A stretch of 61,183 nt of DNA, counting the filler, from Dugesia japonica (Eukaryota): NCBI GenBank assembly GCA_001938525.1. It is 6 parts of 6 records of this genome, joined end to end, with 100 filler letters (N's around TTAATTAATTAA, not from the genome) between each part and the next. Parts side by side here need not be neighbours in the genome. Positions count along the whole stretch, not along the records: positions 43,019 to 52,059 come from MQRL01637397.1; positions 52,160 to 61,183 come from MQRL01447115.1; 4 more parts are not named here. One strand, given 5' to 3'. The position numbers and the translations under genes are program-made. The notes beneath the pieces are model-generated. The model was not told the origin of the DNA. It searched no databases and was given only the letters and a program-made list of their open reading frames with translations. This document shows, piece after piece, positions 50,265 to 61,183 of the stretch (position 1 is its first letter; the number at the start of each line of letters is the position of its first letter).

Positions 50265-50563
50265 ATTATTATTATTACTGTTATTATTATTATTATTATT
50301 GAAGTAATGGAATTTAGTAAATTATTACTAGGTAGAATTCATATTACAAAATGTTTTTTTCAGGAAAAAATGAAATTTCTGGTTAACTTGTTTTGATTAT
50401 ATTGAAGTAGTATTAATTTCACAGCCAAACAATATTTTCATTTTGATTCATAGAAAATATCGATATTTTTTGATTAATAAAATATTTCTTTTGTATTTCA
50501 AAAGAAAAAAAATAAATATCTTTTAAATAATTTGATAGAGTATTGAATATAAAATATATTATT

Positions 50564-50626
<63 letters not shown>

Positions 50627-52205
50627 CAAAACCAAATGCAAGTCAATATGTATGAAACTTGACTACATGAGATGGTGCAGCGGGTGGTGGGCTTCGTTAA
50701 CAAAAATCAACTATAACTAGAATGATAAAATGCGGATACTTGATTACAGGTCACCATCCGTCAATCCTAGCAGCTAGAGGAATTACTCCTCCAGACATCC
50801 AATGAGTTGTCAGAAATTTTAAAGCTCCAGTCAGATCAATCTCTAGAGATAACGACGCCCATGACTACAGAGGAATTTTCGAACGATGTGGAGTCCAGGC
50901 AAGAAGTCACCAGTACGCAAGCGATATGACGTTCGAATTCGCTGTCACACTGACCATCAAGGGCACTTCAGTGTAATAATCCGTGAGATTCTGTATCTAT
51001 TTGCGTATCTCAATTTCTGTGTATATAAATATATGTGATCTTTGTGTACATGTTTAACCAATTAACATGTTATTTGCAAATATTCTAATATTTAGTCAAT
51101 AGTCATATTACCATTGTGAGTGTGTTTTGAAAAGCCAGTTGAAATTGTTGTTTTAAATCATGTTTTAAAAAATTTTTATTTAAAAGAAAGATTTAAATTA
51201 TGGATGAAAAATTTAAATAACAAATATTTGGGTTTCAATTTTGAATGACAATTAAGTAATAAATTAAAATTTTTGAATGAAGGAATATTTGGTTTAATTT
51301 TTGGTTCAATTTTAAAATGCCGATTGAATAATAAAAAAATAATAACATGGAAAACACTAGAAACAAGTTACATTTCCACACTTTACAGAAAGAAACATGA
51401 ATAATTACTAATCGAAGATAAACCTAAAATTAATGTAATTTATAATTGTTTTACAATTGCAATTATTGCGGGAATAATGGTTTGACTTAACCATTAATCG
51501 TTTTTCAAAATTCATTTAAAATAAAGCTTATTATTATTAATATTATTATTATTATTATTAGTATTAGTATTATTATTTTTATTATTATTATTCCTCAATT
51601 CCTGGCGAAGACAAAGTCAAAATTGAGAATTATTATCAAATACTAAAATAACAAATTTTTATCGAAGCTTTTATTTTAAATAATTTATAATAAATTTATT
51701 AAATTAACGAATTAAAAATGTAAATTCGAATAGAGAATTCAATAAATAAAATAAATTCCAAAATTTTGAATCCTAAGGAAAACAAATCGACAATCCGAAA
51801 GATTAAGTTGTTAAGTCCAACAATTGTTCTCGCAATAATTGTAATTGTAAAACTGGTTGATATATTTAATTTCCTATTTCCAACATAAAAACTTAAATCT
51901 TTAATTGTGTACATTCAAAGAATACGTTAAATTCCAATTCCGGATAATTTCTACTTCATTTTAAAATATAAATATAGATCAAAAGAATTTTCATCTTTAT
52001 AAAATTTTTATTCCGGTTTATCTGCTTGATAATAAAACTATACCCCATTAAATCCATTANNNNNNNNNNNNNNNNNNNNNNNNNNNNNNNNNNNNNNNNN
52101 NNNTTAATTAATTAANNNNNNNNNNNNNNNNNNNNNNNNNNNNNNNNNNNNNNNNNNNNGTTTTCGTAAAATAAATCTTTTTTACAATTCAAAATTATTC
52201 TCAAT

Positions 52206-52454
52206 ATGAATCAAGTGGAAATTGAAATGAAAAAATTTTCAGATATAACTACCAGTGGATCCGTTGGTGATATTCAATTCCTAACCAAGCTCGAAAATGG
52301 TCCAATGAGTAAAAATGATTATGCTGAACTTATTGTCCGTTCAATATTAATGAACAAAATTAAAGATGAACTGAAGAGACAAAGGAGAATTAAATTTGTT
52401 GCTGTAACTCTATTCACATCCGTTATGTTGCTTTATTTGTTTAAACGAAAATAA
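52206..52454 (+). CDS. Possible small tail-anchored membrane protein (82 aa)
   Basis: ATG-initiated ORF with a single C-terminal hydrophobic segment (IKFVAVTLFTSVMLLYLF) flanked by basic residues. Confidence 0.35.
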   Translation: MNQVEIEMKKFSDITTSGSVGDIQFLTKLENGPMSKNDYAELIVRSILMNKIKDELKRQRRIKFVAVTLFTSVMLLYLFKRK

Positions 52455-53572
52455 TGTAAGATGAGCACTTGTAGAATAGATAATAAACAAAGAAGGTGAA
52501 GGGGAAATAAATTGGGTCTTGTTCTCCAAACTTCACCAACCCATTCCTTCATTAATTGACCATTTACCCACCGTTTTTGATTTAACTTAACAATTACACC
52601 ATTAGGAAATTCTTCTTTTCTTATAAAAGTTTTTATTTTAAAAATTATAAATGGAGGAAGGTTTCCACCATCAGCAGTCACAAAAAGTAATACAGTGAAA
52701 TTGGTTTTCTCATTACCCGTAGTTACAATCCTCTTACTTTTTACACCTTTTTAATTTACCATTTGATTACTCAGCATGTCAAAACTTACAGGTATGATTT
52801 CCAACTGTCTATCTTCCATACCAATTTAGTTTTATTCAAATATTTTAAAACTTCAGGTGCCTTTAATTGCCAGTCAGTTGGCAAACTTTGCCCGACAGTA
52901 GTTCTTGATCTCATCGATAGACATTTCAGTCTCATAAAATTCTTACACCAACTTGATTCTGCCTTGAAGTCTGCTGCCTTTTCAATATCCAAATTAGCGG
53001 CAATTATCAAAGCCTTTTTCCGAAGTGTAGTTTCTGAAATTTGTAATCCTTTCTCACGTTCTCCTAATATCCAATTTTTTAATTCTGTTTCTAATTCTGG
53101 CCTAAAAGGTTCTTTCTTTCTTCTAGATAGATTATCTGGTTTTGAAATCAATAAAAGTTCTTTCTCTTTTCGCCAGTTTCTTATTTTCTTTTCGTCTGTG
53201 TCATAAATCCTAGAAGCTGATTTATTGCTATTTTCTTCTGCATATTGAACAACTTCGAGTTTTTTCTATACAGAATATGAACTTCTAAATTTCTTCATTA
53301 TAGAGGTTTATTTAGTTGTGAAAATAATTAATGAACTTGTCAATTTAATATAATTTTAATGAAATAATAATATTATAATAATAATAATATTATTTTAATT
53401 TTTAATTATAGGATTAAAATTATTACCTTTTTTATTTTAATTCAACTTTTATTAAATTAAATATTAATGGTTTATAATATTTTATATGAAATCCATACAT
53501 TAGCCGCAGCTTACCTATGAAAAAGATGGTTTTTATTATTTTCTATCCTGTAGCCTATACTCGCGATTTTAC
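52455..53572 (-). mobile_element. Pogo/Tigger DNA transposon, 3'-truncated, with a pseudogenised transposase (ATG 53298)
   Basis: N-terminal HTH 'SYSV*KKLEVVQYAE...IRNWRK', CENP-B HTH 'ELETELKNWI...FKAESSWCKNFM', DDE_1 'VTADGGNLPPFIIFK...W'. Pogo-type terminus CGTAAAATCGCGAGTATAGGC at ~53552-53572. Confidence 0.88.
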
Positions 53573-54107
53573 GAGACCCGAACTTGTTAGAGATGCAGAG
53601 TCATCGAGACGATTCCGACTACGAAAAAATGTGCAATCATAACTGTCGGATTAAAAAGGGACAGACCGCACAACCACCGGAGCGCTCAAATATATCTGTA
53701 AAATGAAGTAACTCAAATATATAGAAACAAGTTTGCTTTGCTTTTAATGAATGCTATTAGTAAATCAGTTAAGTTACGGCTGAAATGGCATAAATCCATA
53801 AAACATCAATTTTTTAATGTAGTTTTGAAATAGAAGTTCCAAATTATGATTCGATTGAAATTTTATTTACGTAGCCAATTGACTACGCTTTTGAATTTTA
53901 GAAAATGGAGGGAGTTAGTTTGCCTGAGACACTGGTCGTAAATGTTTTTCATTTTCATGAGCACCCTCAATCAAGGTATCAGAGACTCACCCAACACTGC
54001 ATATACACACGAAACATATTATAATAGTCNNNNNNNNNNNNNNNNNCTGAGCCATATAACCGGGAACGATCACTCGTGAAAACCTAGTAGTTTATAAAGA
54101 GGAATGT

Positions 54108-54673
54108 AAAGTTTTATCTGTTTGTTGAGTAATGGCGCATATTGAGTAATCATTAAATGACATATTCAGCTGAATGAGGTTACGTAACATTTCAGCATTG
54201 AACTAGACGTTTTTTTCTTACAATTATTTGATTTGCAGCTTCTTTTATAAAGTAATAATAATTCATTGTAGCCTCTCTAAGACTAAACTTTTCACTGGAC
54301 CCTTGACGGATGGGGGGTAATTTTCAAAATACAGCAAACCACTAACAAGTGTCATTATACTCGCATTTTATTTTTTTCATAAAATTCCGTGGTAAAGATA
54401 ATCATTTACTCCATTAGATTTTATTTCATATTTTAAATATTAATCTGATATCGAGAAATCAATATAAAATATCATAATAATGAATTTGAAAATTACCAAT
54501 TTTTATAAATGTTATTTTCCATAATACGAAAGTTTTATCTGTTTGTTGAGTAATTATTAAATGACATATTCAGCTGAATGAGGTTAACTAACATTTCAGC
54601 ATTGAACTAGACGTTTTTTGCTTACAATTATTTTATTTGTAACTTCCTTTATTAAGTAATAATAATTCATTGT
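54108..54673. repeat. Direct repeat pair (~54108-54269 and ~54530-54673)
   Basis: AAAGTTTTATCTGTTTGTTGAGTAAT...ATTAAATGACATATTCAGCTGAATGAGGTT...AATTCATTGT occurs twice. Confidence 0.8.
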
Positions 54674-54908
54674 GGTCAAGCAGTACGTTGTAAATTGTAA
54701 AAATAAGTGTTATNNNNNNNNNNNNNNNNNNNNNNNNNNNNNNNNNNNNNNNNNNNNNNNNNNNNNNNNNNNNNNNNNNNNNNNNNNNNNNNNNNNNNNN
54801 NNNNNNCAATGTAAGTAATAAACTTTAGAAATTTTATTATAATAAATTGATCAAAATGAAACTATAGTACAACAATATCAAATTCATAAAATATCCTACG
54901 ATATTTAA

Positions 54909-55501
54909 TTACGCTAAAATTTTGTTACGATTGGAAAATACACAAAAGCAAACGATAGATGCTATAAGAATAACAATGGTCTCTGTGCTGACAACTGGCC
55001 CATATCCAACACCCTGAAAATTTTCATTCAATTTAGGAAATATCATTATTTAGCTTACTTTATGATTAAAATTTATCACAAATAATGGTTTAATGTCTTC
55101 GATGGATTCACCAGCTCTCTGATTTTTTCTTATTACACTATATGTGTCTTCATCGTAAAATTTAATTAAATAATCATTTGCTGGTAATTTACGATGTTGA
55201 TTTTCAAATGTTACTTGATATTTATCTGTTTCTGTATCTCTTCCCGCTAATGTTATATGCTCATTCAATTCAGCATAGAGGTTAATTTTCTTAAACCAAA
55301 ATAAATAATTAAATGAAGTAATGTAAATCTTACTGCTGGAACTCCATCACATTTTAGTGAAACTTCAGTTATGAAGACTGTTCTACTAGATAATAAAGCT
55401 TCTTTTGTACTATAAGTATTATGTTGAACTTCTGGATTATTACAAACTGTAGCAGTAACTGAATAAACTACACAAAAAAGAAATAATATGTGATAAAACA
55501 T
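54909..55501 (-). CDS. SSR4: Translocon-associated protein subunit delta: complement(join(54909..55013,55059..55289,55334..55501)), 167 aa
   Basis: Signal peptide, C..PEV....YST.EA......VFI.E.SLKC, LYAE, KYQV, FYDE..YS..RK.QR.GE....IKPLF, then GP.V.TE plus a C-terminal TM segment. Two in-frame GT-AG introns of 44 and 45 nt. Confidence 0.93.
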
Positions 55502-55850
55502 TTTTGACACGTTAAAAAATAATGAAGTGGCAAATTTAATGTAATTCGTGAACTGTAAAATTAAGTAGTTTAAATAAACAAATTTCAATTTTATCAATTA
55601 AAAATTGTTAATTAATAAAATTTTAAATATTTTAATAGATTAGGTATTTATTTATTTATTAAAACTTTTTATAATTTATTTTTAAAATATGAAAATTTTA
55701 ATTTTGAAAAAAAGTTTGTTTGTGTTAATCAATTTTATTAATTAGCCATGATGTTACTATTTTTAGAACTTGAAGCCTTCTTTCTAATTTTAAACAAAGA
55801 GGTCTTTGTGTGATTTTTACATCACCTTTATATGTGCAATTAGTCATTTT

Positions 55851-57365
55851 ATGACTCAATTTTTAATGCAACACAATATTAAAAAGGAGAAATCTGAATT
55901 TAATATCTTATCAGCCAATTTAGGATCAAAAAAATATAATAACAATAAAGGATCAAATGCTTTGAGACCTGATTCTTTGGAGATTAAAATTAAGCCAGAC
56001 AATATTGTCAATATTATTTCTAAAACAGACATATGCTCAGATAATGTAAACTGGAATGGTGAGAATTTAGATAATTTTATTTCACAATTAAAAAACGCTA
56101 ATAATACACCATCTCCTATCACGCCAAATAGCTTCTTTAATCCATCAGATGTTACACAAGAACAGGAACAATTTGCTGAGTAAGTACTGTATAAATTTAT
56201 TAATTACATAATTCAATATTTTAGTACTCTAACTTTACATTTAAATAAAATTAAAGAAAATTATCAATCTGGTTGTCAACCAACTGGACCTCCATATCTT
56301 AGTAATATTATTCAATTATCCTCTGCAAATGATGAACGGCCATTATCAATCGCCACAGTTAGTGTTGGAAATAAAGTTTTCTTGCTTAATCAAATTAATC
56401 AAAACGTTGACGATAATGCAAATCAATGCCTTAATTACGGAGTTCTAGATTTACCGGGCAATATAACAATTCATGGCGATATGAATAATATAAATTCCAA
56501 TACAATTATTCTACAAAAAAATATGCCAAATGTGCAGCCGCAATTAAAAGTGACAAATATTCATAGTTTGTGCAATCAAGCCAATGTAACAAACAGTGCA
56601 AACATAATTTGTTCAACTCCAAATGTACAATTTAACTCGTATTCCCATAGAAATGAAAATTCTGATTTGACTCATTTAATGCCAATCGATACTGATGTAA
56701 ACTTGTCTCAAACTGATATTAATCAACAAGAACTAGTTCAATCTATGGGATTTATAAAGACTTCTGAAGGTATTATTTACACTCGAATTCCGGATTCATC
56801 TCACAATGAATTGTTAAGTCAATTAAATTCTCTAACAAACTCTGCACCCCGTTCAAATACTAATGGACAAAGTGCGCATCCACCTCTTATTAAAGCACCA
56901 AATTTGGAATTGGTTACTCAAACAATGAATGAAACGAGATGTTTGTCTGCCAGTAGTAACGGTAATGAAAGTAGTTACGGTGCTAATGATTCGTCTGTTA
57001 ATAACAGTCATAAAGATTATTCAAGCAATGGTACGAAAATCAAAAGAATCGATAAAGATCTCGATGTAGATCAGCAACGTAGATTAGAAAGAAAACGAGC
57101 TAGAAACCGAGATGCTGCTCGCAAATGTAGGGACAGAAAGAATAATTTAATATTGAATTTAGAACAGAAGTACGCTAAACAAACCGTAGAAAAAGAGTTA
57201 ATTCGCGATAAATTATTAAAAAGTCTCGAAGAAATTCGTCGATTAACAGATTACATTGCGAAGCATGATCCTCATTCCAAATTTGCTTGTTTCTCAAATT
57301 TTTTAAATGATATAAAAATACATGAACTAACTGATACCGATTTAAAGGATCTTAATTTGATATAA
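55851..57365 (+). CDS. jun: Jun/AP-1 bZIP transcription factor: join(55851..56179,56225..57365)
   Basis: Jun N-terminal motif 'TPSPITPNSFFNPSDVTQEQEQFA'. A 45-nt GTAAGT...TTAG intron restores frame. Basic region 'QQRRLERKRARNRDAARKCRDRK' followed by a zipper ending in His. Start may instead be ATG 55866. Confidence 0.85.
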
Positions 57366-57465
57366 GTTTATCTCTCGCGTTTATAATAATTATGCATTTA
57401 TTTCGTTTTTTATAGCATGTTTCAAACAGATCTTGCTTGCTTTTTATTGTTGAGCAATGCGTACA

Positions 57466-57496
<31 letters not shown>

Positions 57497-58349
57497 ATTT
57501 TAGACAACAATATTATTAATTGTTAATTTATTTTTGTAAGAATTTAGAGACAAATATTTATCCTATCAATAAAGCGTTTCTGATCTTTGGCAGCATCATT
57601 TAAACCGTTGGCAAGTTTTATATTTTGACATGGGCTCTTTTATTTTACTATTTGTGACATATTTTTGTAAAGTTTTGATAATGTTCTTTTTGTAAATATT
57701 ATGTGGATTAAAATACAATTTTTTTATTTATGTGTTGAAAATTATTTTGCAGCGTTTTTCGTTCTTATTCACTTAATTAATTTCTTAAGATTTATTATTA
57801 ATTAAAGTAGATTTAGAGTTCTTATGTGTTCTGTTAAATTTTAATTTTCATGTAAATAAAATATTGCAATAGTATGTTTCATTTTCAACTATAAATGTTG
57901 ATTAATTGTTTTTCTCATTGATCCAAATATCAAATATACAATTTGCATCCTACTTAAAAAATAGTTTATTAGATCTATTTTTAGAAAAGAATTTCAACTA
58001 ATGGATAAATTATTCATTTGATGTATTTTCAGCTAATTTTAAAAATAATATTAATGCAGCAAATAATGTAATTTGGAATTTTCATTGCGTCTCATGGTTA
58101 GTTGCTCTTTGTGATTACTTTTTTTGATTCTCAAGAATTCTCCATTATATGTGTGAATTAATTTTTTTACAGCATATAATAAAAAGAAGCAAAACTATTA
58201 TGGGTTTATAACTTTTTAGAAACACAAAGAAAAAGATATGTTGGAAAACAAAATTAAATTGTAAAAGATGGCATGAAAAAAATATACAAACCTTAAAAAT
58301 ATTTAATATATATAGTATTTAACATAATTCATCTGAAATGAATAGTGTA

Positions 58350-58905
58350 ATTGTAGCAAAGTTTGTAATATGCAGGGAATTCTATTTCTCTTACAAAAAT
58401 TTTGTTGCTACATATTTTAGAGAATGTTTTGGAAAATCTCTTCTTTGCTCTTCATTTATATCTCTTAATTGTTGCATATTATTACCAATCCTTGAATCGT
58501 TTGTCGGTTTTCTAGAAATAGTAAAATATTTTGGAGTATTTACTTTGAATAAAATATTGTCCTCTGTAATCACTTCTATTTTATTATATTTTGGTTCAAA
58601 AGCGGATTTCTTAATTGCACTTGCATAACTTTCGTTGACAACATTTACATTACTTTTTGCTACAAATTTATCAAGGTTTGCAGACAATTCTTGACGTTTT
58701 TCGTCATTTAACTCTGATTGGAGCGCAAAGGATTCTTTAAACTTTTCACTTCATAATCTATTCAGAATAAAAACTCTTCATATTTCCTCCAGTGATCTTT
58801 TGCTTTCAAATATATCGTGGACAAGTTTTTTACTCTTATCTCCAAATTCCGATATTTTTATATTAATTGCTCCAAGAGAACATTAAAATTCGACGAAAAA
58901 AATTT
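58350..58905 (-). pseudogene. Gag fragment of the same family as the element at 21743-23107
   Basis: 'NNMQQLRDINEEQRRDFPKHSLKYVATK' is nearly identical to 'NNMQQLKDINEEQRREFPKHSLKYVATK' at ~22190-22280. Confidence 0.85.
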
Positions 58906-59180
58906 ATCAGTCATCATATGAAATTTAAATTCATAACAATAAATTTGTGTTGGGCTGGAACACCGAAAACAGATTAGAATTAAGAATGGAAGAAGGGCGA
59001 TATATGGAGTATATATATAATATAATGTAATAGAAATATCTATTAATAATACAAAATTAATATAAAGTATTGCGTAACACATTATTATAATATTTAGAAA
59101 TTATTATTAAGTAGAATAATATGAAATGTTAAAAATTTGATGATATTATTATTATCAGTATGATGTGTTATTATTATGAG

Positions 59181-59224
<44 letters not shown>

Positions 59225-61183
59225 ATTGGGAAAAACTAATTTTATTATTGATATTAATATTGTCATAATTATTATAAGATTATGATCGTTATCAATATTA
59301 TAATGTTAAATAGATAATTATTATTAAATTACTTTTAAAGTTATAATTATTAATTAGTATTTAAGATAACAGTTATTATAAAGATTTAATATTATAGAAG
59401 TTACTTAATTAAATATTATTTTNNNNNNNNNNNNNNNNNNNNNNNNNNNAGACTCGTTTTATTATCAATTTTTATAGAAATAGTCGAGAGTCCGAGTGTC
59501 TCAGTCTAAAAGTCCTCTGCCCACAGATGCTCGGAATTCAAAATGTTTTTTCTAAACAAGAATTGATCAACAGACAACACGCCTACATGAAAAGTAGGTC
59601 GCGAAACTGTTATAAAAGCAAGCTTAAAATTACTTAGAACGCCTCATTTTATTATTATAATTTTACTTATTTTTACATTAAAGATTATTTTGGATAAAGA
59701 ATTTTTAATAAACACAAAATGTAAATAGTGGAACATTATTTAGATAATATTTAGATTTTTAACAATTCTGGATACAAAGATAATATTCGAATTAATAATT
59801 TTAGTAAAGTTAATTTAATGAGTCTGATAGGAAAAGGATGAAATAACATTCTAGTTAGTGATATCAATGAACGTGAAACGAAAATGATTAAATAACCTTC
59901 TTATTCATGCTCCTAAAATAGAAATGATTTGAAATTATTTGAACTGATATTTAAATAGCTCTGAAATCAAAATAATTTCGTAACCATGAGTTATATTATA
60001 ACAAATATTAATGATTTTTATAGAGGCTTTAAGTGACTCCGAGTTTATACCTATTTATTATTTTTTTTATTCACAACGAGTTAATGACAACCATGAATAC
60101 TAATAAGATATTAATTTAAGCGAAAATAGTAAATATTCCATTCGTATGAAATTACTAATATATTCTAATTTTAATTATTTAATTGTCAGCAGTATTGATT
60201 AGCATTGATCGATAATAATTTNNNNNNNNNNNNNNNNNNNNNNNNNNNNNNNNNNNNNNNNNNNNNNNNNNNNNNNNNNNNNNNNNNNNNNNNNNNNNNN
60301 ATTCATTAATTACTTCATGGAATTCAATTTATATGTTCCCCTTTTATCTAATTCCAGATTCAGGAATTATGGTTAAATATTGCGACCCGTTGTTTGATAG
60401 CTTATATCACCTAGCATTATTTGATTTAACTAACAGGTAATTTGTCCATGAATGTATTTAGGGGTACCTTCATGTTACCAATGATCAAGGTTTCAATAAC
60501 ATCACAATCTCTCTCACCATTAGGTTATTTGGGGTGAATTTAATGTGTATTCAAGGTTAATTAATTTATGTCATATAATGATAGTAATAATTTATTTATT
60601 TAATCTGTTATTGATTTGCATAGTTTTGGTTGATATATGAGTTACCGAATGTTGGTGATAGTCTACATTGTCAGTAGAACCAAATCGAGGGGAAGGACAT
60701 TGGAGAGTGGGGTACTGAAATTTAGAGTACTCTAATAAAGCCCTTCACGTGTGAAGGATAAGACGTACTTACTGTATTTTAATTCCGGAACATATCCTAC
60801 AATTACAATACAGAGTGGGATACTATAACCACTGAAGAAACCGACTCCACTCCTTGGTGGATAAAGTACAGCAAGGACGTCTCCGGTGGAGACTCTCCGC
60901 ATACAAGAGGTTTAGCGCAAAAAATCAACAATTAATGAGCGATAATGCCCAGCGCCTCAGCCGGATAGAACAACGAGTGTGTGGACTAGTGGTAGAAAGC
61001 AAAAATATAACTCGCCAGAACATGAACAACTTTAGGAGATAATCTCACAGGCTCGTTAGACGACCATATTGGGCAAACAGCAAACGAGGTTCTTAGAAGA
61101 AATCATACAGTTGCAGAGAAGCCCGATCGTCGAAGTGGGGAATCATTCGATACCACCATCAAATGGAACTTTGGAGACCCCTC

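Noticed and set aside
50660-50760. tRNA-like sequence
   Set aside because: It has only a vague A-box, with no cloverleaf or proper B-box.
60854-61183. GC-richer ORF fragments at the window end
   Set aside because: They are short, interrupted and lack a recognisable motif. They may be the start of another retroelement, but this cannot be supported from this window.

Overview
Very AT-rich animal genomic DNA. It is not prokaryotic: it has spliceosomal introns of 42-45 nt and Rx and Jun genes. The window is a pseudo-scaffold: five 100-bp linkers (44 N + TTAATTAATTAA + 44 N) join at least six contigs, so adjacency across linkers is not reliable. Host genes are sparse: an Ig-domain exon, the 5' part of an Rx/Rax homeobox gene, and a head-to-head SSR4 (TRAP-delta) / Jun pair. 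The rest is largely mobile DNA. The most notable elements are: (1) an ~7.7-kb partial endogenous Polinton/Maverick (adintovirus-like) virus on the minus strand, with a multi-domain protein-primed PolB (Zn fingers, GSGW terminal-protein region, OTU-like protease, EndoVII-like finger, exo, pol), a GxG-repeat membrane-active virion protein, a penton-like minor capsid protein and an adenain protease; (2) Ty3/gypsy elements with very short (~93-106 bp) LTRs, some with non-canonical AGTTA...TAACT ends, including a ~1.4-kb gag-only derivative; (3) a ~3.4-kb modular Foldback-like palindrome next to an array of E2F-like motifs; and (4) a 244-bp near-perfect hairpin. Many pogo/Tigger, mariner and hAT remnants are also present. 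All assignments come from motif recognition by eye; no database searches were run.
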